DNA of 63,231 nucleotides, filler included, from Perkinsus chesapeaki ATCC PRA-425 (Eukaryota > Protista > Perkinsozoa), in the NCBI GenBank assembly GCA_013115145.1. It is 5 parts of 5 records of this genome, joined end to end, with 100 filler letters (N's around TTAATTAATTAA, not from the genome) between each part and the next. Parts side by side here need not be neighbours in the genome. Positions count along the whole stretch, not along the records: positions 29,885 to 56,891 come from JAAPAO010000499.1; 4 more parts are not named here. One strand, given 5' to 3'. A program made the translations under genes and the position numbers. Of this stretch, positions 38,430 through 48,765 are shown one piece after another. The notes below the pieces were generated by a model. The model had not been told where the DNA came from, did no database searches, and saw nothing but the letters and a program-made list of their open reading frames with translations. The stretch's first letter is position 1, and every line of letters starts with the position of its first letter.

Positions 38430-39160
38430 ATGTCCTTTCCTAAACTCGTCTCACTGGTCTCGTTCCTCTTATCTATCACACTGTTCTTTAACGGTTGTGC
38501 TAGTACACGATCGAACTTCGTTCCAATAACTCCAGCTTCCCCGACTAATGGTCCCAATGGATCCACTACCGATCCCTGGGCTCCAACAACAACACCAGGA
38601 GATGATACTACTACAAGGACTACTGCAAAGCCAGGGTCTTCCTCAACAGAAACAGGGAATAGCCCTACTACGCAAACTACTACTAGTACACCAGACAGTA
38701 GGAATCTTTGTGAGATATGAAATGCACGCTTTAACCTTAGATACGCCTTATACATGTGATTCTGCTACACCAGCCATTGTTGGTACTTATGGAGGCAGTT
38801 TTAGTGGCCAGGCAAACCAAGGGATTTCGTTACAGTTTGCCCAGCCCAAGAAGATAGGCGTTATGGCCGGTAAGACTTACCAATCAAGAAATGAATTGTT
38901 TCAAAGATTCGACCATTTTATACCATACTTCCTCAGGATCCTACAATAGTGCCGCCTTCAGCTACAGTAACATATACTACGAGTTTGTTTCCGGTCAATC
39001 TTGGTTCAGCCTTCGCCCATTCGACCATTCCCAGGATCTCCTTTCTCTATTTAACCTCCAAAGCATGGAGCAAGTACGTGTATATATAAGTCATCAGTGC
39101 GAGCCTGTCCGTATCGACTTCGGCTCGACTGCTAGTGCCTCTTTAAGTAAAGAAGTATAA
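38430..39160 (+). CDS. Signal-peptide protein with Thr/Pro-rich stalk, paralog A (3 exons)
   Basis: Introns at 38698-38740 and about 38871-38935; conserved block FSYSNIYYEFVSGQSWFSLR. Confidence 0.75.
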
Positions 39161-39262
39161 TGTAATATTATTACCCACCCCCCTACCCCTCATTCGAGCT
39201 GGTGTGATGACTCTGTGAAGCTCAATTGACCAACAACCAACAACTGTACAGGATTGTGTCTC

Positions 39263-39870
39263 TTAACAGCATCTTAGTGTCCCGAGTTCGGATAAGGCGA
39301 GGAATTTACCAACTTGCTTACGGACTTTGCAACATTCCACTCGATCTCCGAAGCTCAAAGATATACTCGGAATGGCAGCCGATGGTCCGCTGCTTTTTGT
39401 AATGGTAAATAGTTGAAAGTTGTTGTTTTTAATTATGCCGTCAGCCCGAAGTGCTTTACCTACATTCAGGGGTACAGCATTGAAGAAGATACCACATACC
39501 TCTAGCAACTCACATTTTGGGAATCCAATGGGGAAAAGTGTAAGGTTATCGTGGAGGGGGAAAGATCGATGCATAATAAATACCAGCAACTGATTGGATT
39601 GAACTGATAGTCGGGTTTCGGGCTTCGGGTTTTGCTAAACACTTTTGCATAGCAAAATTTTTACTTCTATAAATAACATTTCGAAGGAGCGTGTCAGTCG
39701 TGAAAGTTGCTCGGACGTGAGAGTGACTTCCAAGTGGCATGGACGAGTAACTAGGCCTCATCGGAGATGTACCGGAAGCACAACCTGCTCGGAAAAGCAG
39801 TTGAACAGGAAATCCGAATTCGTGGACAATCAGCCTACATAAAACCTTTGTTAATCTTAGTCGTGTAAAA
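39263..39870 (-). CDS. Hypothetical protein
   Basis: Open exon 39263..39589 and upstream open frames; no family recognised. Confidence 0.3.
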
Positions 39871-40026
39871 AAGTATTATCTTTTCATCTTTGTCCAATTA
39901 ACTTGTATACCCTCTCCTCCAGTTTTTTATTCCCCTCAGTACGTTCATCCGAGTTCATCAAGTCAACCCGGTCCCCCCGCAACGTGGCGACCTCTGGCGA
40001 AATTTGGTGGCCCCCTGAATTCGGAC

Positions 40027-42634
40027 ATGCCTCCTCCCTCCACACTCGACGCCGAAGCTCTCGGTCATGCAGCCAATACCGCGGCGAGGGACAAAGTTAA
40101 ATCGACTTCGCCGTATTGGACTCAGCTTCGTGATCGAGCATTGGCGATCGCTCCTGCCATGGAGCCGAGAGACTGCGCTTTGCTCCTCAATGCATTCTCG
40201 CGAGTGCGGCTGTCTGACCAGCAGCTGTTCGATACCGTCGCGCCGGTCATCGAGGCCAAGCTCGTATATTTCACCTCGGTCCATTTGGCTATGGTTTTTA
40301 GTGCTTATGCGAAGACTGGTGTAAAAATACAGGTAGAAAAATTGGGAAAATTTCGGGAAATTTTCCGAATTTCAGGAGTCTTTCCTGAATGCTCTGTCTC
40401 ACGAGATCGCCGCTCGAGTCCATGAGTTCCACAGCCCCGTGGAGATCTGCATGCTGCTGAATGCCATGACAAAGCTTGGTGTGGTGAATTTGGATATGTT
40501 CACGAGATGGTCGAAGCACGTGCAGAGCCGAATGTCCCAAGAACCATTTCACGTCCGAGATCTATCGGTCATAGCAAGCGCTTTGGCAAGGGTAATCAAA
40601 TATCATACTGTGATGGAAGGAGGAGGAGGAGGAAATGTAATAGGAGGGTGGGGTGGCCGAGCTAGGTCGAACAGTTTTGTTATCATCGAACCGGTTCGGC
40701 GTGGTCGGTAGTAGGAGAATATTAATGAGGATCGTTGCTTTATGAGTATGTTACTGTATAGTAGCTAAGTCCCTCCTTGCGTGCCACCTGAAAACATCGA
40801 TCTTTAATTGCCGAATCCTTGGCCGCCGCCTCCGCCACCGAGTCACTACATAATCTCGCCGCACTTCTCTCTCAATGATTGCAATGCTATGGAAATCTTC
40901 CAACAATTTATCATTCGTATATATTCCCTCTCTACTCGATTCCCTCAGGAGACCATCCCCACAGAAGAGTCGTCCCTTAGTCCTTTGATCTCCACAATGG
41001 ACTTGATAGCAGGCCGTGCCCTGGCTACTTTGGGAGAGGCAACGCCGATGGAGCTGGCTCGATTGGTATTGGCTTTCACTGGTGACAGCGGGGGTGCGGT
41101 GAAACCACCGAGACAACTTCTAGAGGCGAGTTTGGAATGCGCCAGGGATAAACTCATGTTCATGGCACCTGCAGAATTGGTGATGCTACCAGACCAGATG
41201 AAACGGCTGAAAGATACTTTTTAGGTTAACGTGGCCTTTGCTTTCGGGCAAGTTCGAGAGTCCCTTACTGCTGCCTCGGATATTGCCCTCTTGGACTCAT
41301 CGATATTCGAACGCCTTCGATTTTCCGCCGTCAGCTCCGCTCCGCTATTTCTGGCATCTGAGGTTGCTGGATTGCTGCAAGTGTATTCGAGATGGCGGAT
41401 ACCATTTGGACATAGCGATCTGGCTGTGATGGTATCGAGGCTCATCACAACCGCGGAGAAATGCGAGGCTGATGTGGCTTGTAGTGCGGCGTATTGTGCA
41501 TCGATAATTGTGATGAATACGACAAAGACGAGGGAAATTGGTAGTAGTAGAGGGGGAGGGGAGGGGCGTCGGGCTGTCCATGGATCTATGCTCGAACAGA
41601 AGGTCTTTAGCCTGTCGCCTGGGACCGGGGACAAATAATAGAGATAGTCCTTGTGGTTGAGATTTTGACGGGCACTGGCGGTCACCGGGAATAAAGTAGA
41701 AAGTAAATATAACGGAGTAGATAGAACAGGTACTGAGTAATGTAGAATGGAAGACAATATAGAGAATCACACTTTTGGTTGAAATTATAACTTAAAAGTC
41801 AGCTGATTAACTGACTTTCATCGGCCAAATCTAATATAGTACAAATTATGACTAATAGGTTAATGTATAATTAAAGGCCACTAATCATCCTTGCTCTTTT
41901 CCCTCAGCGCCAAAATCTGTGATGGAGTCTCTCGGCAAGCTCCTTAACGTATATTCGGAATTGATAGTTGAGTCGATGTCCACACTAGACATCGCATCGA
42001 TTGCCAAGTTCGTGGAGGCCATGGCCAATACAGCACATGTTGACAGGAAGGTGATGGAAGCATTAGCAAGGTGATATGGTGGAATTGGAGGATAGTAGAG
42101 GAAAGAGCGGTATGAGATATACTGCCAACGGTATGTTATCGAAATACGATTCTCTCTGTAAAACTCATTTACCGTTATCTTCGCTGGGATACTAAACCCG
42201 AAATCTTCCAAGAATTTCTCGAGGACTTTTGCAATGTTTTCCAGTTGTGAGATGTCATCTCGTGCGACATATTTCTAATGCCTCTGTATTCGGTCGCTGA
42301 GATATCTGTCGTATCCATCTGCTGCGGGACGTAGGATTTAACAATTACCTTAGTAATTGGATCAGTTCTGGACTTGCTTCTGGTCACTCTTTGGACTAAT
42401 CATCGCAGCTCTTCAGCTCCAGAGGTTTCGACCTCTCAGTAAGGCCTTTGTTAGGAGTAAAAGCGTTTTCTCAGGACTTTGATGTCATCTCCAGCGAAGG
42501 TGGTGGAGCTCGGTCGTTCCAAACGAACTTGTCATCTACTCATCGAATCATTCCTGGCCCATGGCTTTGACCCGGAGGATGATCTTATGTTGATGTTGAA
42601 AGAACAAAGAGAAAACCGATCGACGGTGGGATGA
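40027..42634 (+). CDS. Helical-repeat (HPR-like) protein; multi-exon
   Basis: Repeats MEPRDCALLLNAFSRV, FTSVHLAMVFSAYAK, PMEICMLLNAMTKL, FHVRDLSVIASALAR, FLASEVAGLLQVYSR. Confidence 0.7.
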
Positions 42635-42750
42635 AAAACTTGAAAGAATATTTCCGAGAGCATGCATCCGAAATTATGTTTCAGTTTATAGACGATCTGT
42701 TGAGTGAAGTGATCGATTGAGACTTATAGGTGTTGTTGTTATTCAACCTA

Positions 42751-43375
42751 ATGAGAGTGTTTGTAGCACTTTTCTGGGCAACAGCGTCGTCGGCGTTGCT
42801 GTCGGGGATGGGTTTGATGGGCTGTTCTAATACGCGATCGAATTTCAAGCCTGTCCCGCCGGGAGGATCCACGGCAAGCCCCACTGGGCCTCAGACAACG
42901 GGTGCAGTCAGGCCTACAGGTAAAATGGAGGGGGTGGGAGTCGAACCGGAGATCTTTAGATTGATGCTGCTGCAGGAGGCCCTTTTACGTGCGACACTTC
43001 CTCACCTACCATCACGGGGACGTACTCGGGAAACTTCCAGGGCAGGTCATCCCAGGAACGTATTACCCTTCAGTTCGATTCCCAAGCTAAGAAAATAAAT
43101 TCGATGACAGGTAGTATCTTAGGTTGGAGCGTGCATTTCACACCCTCTCAGGATTCTTCGATGGCGAGCAGTTCTCCTACAGTAACATTTACTATGAATT
43201 CGTGGCCGGGCAGTCCTGGTTCAGCCTTCGTACTTTTTCCGGCACTGCAGATCTCCTGAAACTATTTAAGTTGAACAACATGGATCAAGTCCGCATCACC
43301 ATCACTCGTGCGTGCTTGCCCAGCGACATTGCTTTCGGTGACACGGCCAGTGCGCCGATCACTAAAGTGGTTTAA
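42751..43375 (+). CDS. Signal-peptide protein with Thr/Pro-rich stalk, paralog B (3 exons)
   Basis: Introns at 42920-42975 and 43111-43151; conserved block FSYSNIYYEFVAGQSWFSLR. Confidence 0.75.
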
Positions 43376-43645
43376 TATCATTTTATTTCCACTGTATTTT
43401 TCCAAAGGTAAACTATCAATAATGTGATCTTGTACCCATTTCAAACATTACCAAGAGTTCTGCGTTGTCAATTACTTGCCTTCCCTCTTCCACAGTACTC
43501 CTTCCGAAATGCTTGGGCGGTGCTCTGTGATGGCTAGAGGTGTCAGCTGATGTCAGTCGACCAACAGCAACATTCCTCATCATCAGGGCCCCTCCCGGAG
43601 CTGGAGGGCATCACAGTCATGCAACTTCGACGGTAAGGGAGTCAA

Positions 43646-46600
43646 ATGGGTTGTGTTGGTATTGTACTTAGATTTGCTCAATGCATGCAGATAGAGAAGC
43701 TGGAGCTGCAAAATGAATTTGATCTATGTCGAGAAAAGTATGGCACTGCGGTTCGGGGTAATCAAACTGATTTAATTTCGGACAGATACGAGGGGGATGT
43801 TGGAAGGTTATTGGAGAAAGTCCGATCGCAGGAAGTACTGTTGGCGTCGGTGAGGACAGCAGCATCGAGCTCTGGAAGGGAGGTTGAAAGGTTGACGGCT
43901 GAAAATAGTAAACTGACGGAGAGATGCCAGGTGAGATGGAGGAGGAGGCGTGATCGATAATGACGCGGGCCGGCGGGCGGATGGGGAAGGGACTTTATGG
44001 CAAGCGTTGGGGAAATCTCACACTAGCGCGATTCTGGTTGACCTATTAACGGTAGGGGAGGCAGAGATAACAACTATACGAGATTGGTTGACTGAAGAGA
44101 TATGGACTCGACTGGCCTCTTTACTCCATTGCTCGTAGCCTTCACCGCGGCCATGATGCTGCTCATTACCGTTCATACTAGTGATGCATATTCCCTATAA
44201 GATAGTAAATGAGCCTCTTGAAACAGGACGGGAAATGAAATGCATCTCTTCGGGGTCCTTTGCAGCAGCAGTTGTTGTTGTTGATGATGATAAGCATCAT
44301 CAGCTCATCTATGAGCTGCGCGGTATAGGTTCTAGAAGGGGAAGTGAGGAGCGTTAAGGCTACCAACGAGGAGATGTCAACGGAGGTCAAAACTGTACAG
44401 GGTAAGTCTACAAGATTCCAGGAAAGAGCGGTATGAAATAGCCGTGCAGATTTACAGAGTCGATTGGAGCATCTCACGGAAAGATGCAGGGAGCTCGAGG
44501 AGGAGTGCGATTCGTTGCGATCGGCAAGGCATCATCATCAACTGCCGGCTGACCGACCAAAACCGCCACCAGAGCCCAGCAGCAGCAGCAGGTGGGCTAG
44601 GGCATGCGTGCACCACAGTTTCATACCGATTCTTTCTAGAACGACTGAAGTTGAGGAGAGGACTCTCCCGTGCTCGGTAAGAGTAGTTTTACCTTTATTT
44701 ATAAGTTAGTTATTTTATCAGGCGATCGGTGGTGCTGCTGTGGCGAGCAGTGGAGACATTGAAGAGCTAGTTGGGTTGTTGGAGAAATCGACAAGTGAAG
44801 TTGAGAGGCTTCAAGACCAAGTGGCATTGTGGCGACGACGAGGAGAGGAAGCTGAAGATGAATTGGAGAAGTTGAAGGCATCAATTGATAAGCAGCAGCA
44901 GGAGCAGGAGGAGAATTATATTGACGGTAGGTGTCGAAGGGGAGGATCGAACCAGGGACCTTTCGATGATAGAACCGCACGGACAACAGATAAATGGTTC
45001 AATTTAACTTCTCCGCTGGTGACCGTATTGAACTAGAAATATCTTCCCTACCTATAGAAAGATATGTTTCTGGTCGAATAATTGTTATCCCCGGCGGTTA
45101 CACATAGGGGACTTCGGGCCAGTTGAGGAGGGTGAAGAATCTTTTGGGAAAGGAAATGCAAGCATCAACCTGTGCAAACGGTAAAGATAGTTTTGGTCAC
45201 CAAATCGCTGGAGAGGTTCAGAGTAGTCGCTAGAAGGATTCGCAAGCCAGGATGCAGGCAATATATTTCCGGATTTCCCTCCAGCCTGCCTTGAAGCACA
45301 GTTGTGATCAGATGAGCTCTCTCATCCGAGCTTTACCACCAGCACTACACCCGAGTCGACTGGAATCTTCGCACCCGCCTCCTCCTCATCGGAAGTAGCT
45401 GTTAACGCCTCATCGAGTCTCAGAGGGTCGATGGACTCGCATACAGCAGAGCGAGCTGAAAATGAGTTATTGCATTTCCTGCTTGAAGGGGCGGTGAGCT
45501 CTCAGGAAATTGAGGCGATTCGGGAGGAGTTCTTGGCGACCGGCGGGGGGCAGCGGAAGTGGCCAGCGTCTCGGCAGAAGGAAATCGAACGATTGCAGGG
45601 CGCGCTAGAATTAGCGAAGAAAAGCGGGGAGGCTTTGAGGAAGAAGGTCGAGCAGTTGGAGATGGATTTGGCTGCTGAGAGAGCCGGAAGGGGACCGAAG
45701 GGAAGGCTGGGGATATGGACGGGAGAAGGGGTGACAACGGCGACAGTTGGAGGAGGAATGGTAAAGGTAAAAGATATGATGGAAAGAGGTAATGTTATAT
45801 TGTATTTGCCATTTCTCTTGGCTCAAGGGGGTTTACTCAGTGATAACTCAGGGGTGTCAAGGACTTCGGAGTTACTCGTTAGGAAATGAAAGTGATATTA
45901 GCTGCAATAAAGAGTATCGTACAGACAGAAGCAATGATCTTGTAGTGTTTCCGCCGCTGCGGTACTGGCACACGCGGACTGACCTTCCTCACATGTACTA
46001 GGCTCGCGTGATCGATCACAATACGAAGGATATATCGGCTACTCCATGGAAGTAGCCCTTCCAGAGCCTACCGAGCTCAGGGCTACGTAGACCGCATATG
46101 GGAATGGATGGTAGTTGTTTGATAGGAACCGATCCTGTGGGTTGGCATGCCACGCTTGAGGAGGGTTGGTGTCAGACGACTCCACGAAAAGAGGATACAG
46201 ATGATGAAGGGACGGTGTGCTCAACGGAGGATGTATCGATATTGAGGAGGGAGGTTAGGAAATGATACTCATAGGTTTTTTACGGTTTTTCTATCAGATT
46301 TGGCGATTGAAACAGGAGGCAGTTGAGTCGGCGAAATGCGCTACCAACCGGCTTCGGAGCGCCCGGGAGCAGCTTTCCAGTCGGGAAGTGGAGTTGGCTC
46401 GAGCCCAACGAGCGGAGGAGATGGCAGAGAAGAAAATCCATGAAATTGAAAAGGAACTGCGAGGAGCTCAGGAGAGGCTTCGAGACGAAATTGCAGCGAA
46501 CGAACGGCTGGAAACGAAATTGAAGTTGATGGTGGCGCAGCTGTCGTTGGCAAGAAGCGAAGTGTCTGGGTTGAGGGATGAGGTGCTGAGGAGAAAGAGG

Positions 46601-48765
46601 AGTATGGAGAGGCTTGAAGGGAAGGGGGACAAGGTGGGCATGGCTTATTATAGATTAATATAGATAAGATAGAGAAATGCATGAGAAAATTGGACGATTT
46701 AATGAACTGAGTGTGCTGTGTCAGAAAGAAGTGTGATTGAATAGGTACTCTTGGAGCTGGAATGGAAGGGTATGGAGTTGGCTGATACAGAAGGGTTACT
46801 GATGAAGATGGAGGAACAGACTGCTGGTCTGGCTGAGGATACGGAAAGATTCCTTCTAGAGTGAGGGGGGTATTGGGGTTATGATTCGATGAAAATTCGG
46901 TATGCAATTATACCGGTTTTGGGGGGGGATCTCCCCGGAATGGCCAATTGGCTTTAGGTACACGAAGGTATGCCTCAGTGAGGAGCGTGAGAGGATGATC
47001 AGCAACGACCTCCATGCCCACTTGCTACGGTTGATCGAGAATGCAGCGTCGGAAGGCAAAGAAGATCCTCATCAGCGAAGTATCTGTATAGAGCAAACAA
47101 TACAGGTCGACAGTCTGGATAGCATTCACAAAGTGAGTGGATGGTGTAGCGGTTCATACCGCTCCTTTCATTAACTGCCTTCTTTTATTGCAGGTAGCAG
47201 TGCTCGATCCACCTCGGGAGCCTCGTAGAGAGAAGCCTCTTTGCCAGCAACAGGACGTCGTGGTTTTCCAGGTCGGCTTGGATCATCTCGCTTATGGGCT
47301 CAGTTGGATACCTAGTCCAGCTGAGCACAAAAATTTTCCTGACAAAACCATTGAGGAATTCCGAGAAATTTCCTCTCGGCAGCATCACATCTTTCAGAGC
47401 CAATCAAAGCTGAGCGTCGCCGACAGCATTGATTTCGGTAGCGAGCAGATGGCTGGTTTGACCGAATACGTGGAGAAGCTTTCGGCAAAGTAAGAGCTTT
47501 CGGATTCGAAGGATGGTGTGGATCGGTCTGAAGCAGATACGCTTTGGCATGTCTGAATGAGGAGCGTGAGAGAATGCTTAGCAACGACCTTTATGGGTGT
47601 TTAATTCGTGCTGAAGAACGGCAACGAGGGCTACAGCAAACCGCTAGAGAAGTGATGGTGAAGACTGAGGAGCTGATGAGGAAAGAAGGCGTGGTGAGGG
47701 AGAGGAGGGAACTGATGAGAGAGGATCGAGAAGGGCAACTCCAAAGGCTGCTGGATGCATTGGTGGACATGCAAGCCACGAGAGAGATTGAAGAAAGAAT
47801 CACGGTTCAGCTGGGGAAGAAAATGGTGGCAGTTGGCACGCAGACGGTGAGGGTGGCGACATGGAATTCAATGGTACAAGCATCACCTCGAACAAATGAG
47901 TGTAGCATTCAAACGGTTGTTGATAAGACAAGTGTTGAATGTCAAACTATGGGGAAGGGGAAAGGTAAATCGATATCGCGGCTAACACAGACAACAACAT
48001 CTGCTGCTGAGGCTGCTGGTGGAGTTCATCCTGTGGATGTTGAGCATGAAGCGGCCATCAGAGAAGAGGCGATCAGAGAAATTAAGGCTCATATGGAAGA
48101 ACAAGTTAGAGTTACTCGCTGCAACGGACAGGTGGGAACTGTTATTTATTAAAATGGCCGACCACTGAGCTTGTTCATCTGAGGCCAATTTCGTGAACTT
48201 GAAGTCCCTCTCAGTCATCTTTTTATGCCAATAGACATTTTGTAAGGTTCGTCTTCGGGCACGAGAAGAGTCTCATCGTGCGGAGGTCGAACGGCTTGCT
48301 CGAGAACACCAACGGATGACGGCAGAGTTAGAAAGGCGCCATGCGGAGGACTTACGAGTGCAACGGTTGCGTCTGGAGCGGCAATGGCAAGTTAGACGGT
48401 CCATGGCGGAGGCATCATTGAGGAATAAGGAAGAGAGTGAGAGAAGAGTAGAGCCACCACCGACCAGCAGACGGAGGGTTATGCCACCACCGATACGAGT
48501 TGATGAGGGGGAAGTAAGTGAACAACGACAGCGGCAGGATTCGAACCTGCGCGGGCAGAGCCCAGTGGATTTCTAGTCCACCTCCTTAACCACTCGGACA
48601 CGCTGTCTTGCACAGGTGTTCTCCTTCGTATCCTCGGCAGTAGAGCAGCAGTTGTACGATGACGATCGACCAAGTCCGGACGCTATACGACGGGCAAGTG
48701 CTTCCCGAGTAGTCGAGTCTGTTAGAAGTGGCAGACGGAGAGTAGTTGAAAGAGCATTAAAATGA
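43646..48765 (+). CDS. Large coiled-coil protein; many exons, start uncertain
   Basis: Glu/Arg/Lys-rich heptad exons (44740..45036, 45431..45889, 46262..46663, 47544..48152, 48316..). The last exon after the tRNA-Ser intron is open to TGA at 48763-48765. Confidence 0.6.
48526..48607 (-). tRNA. trnS: tRNA-Ser(AGA), antisense within an intron
   Basis: GACAGCG/CGCTGTC acceptor, G73, anticodon loop CTAGAAA, long variable arm GGGCTCTGCCC. Confidence 0.95.
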
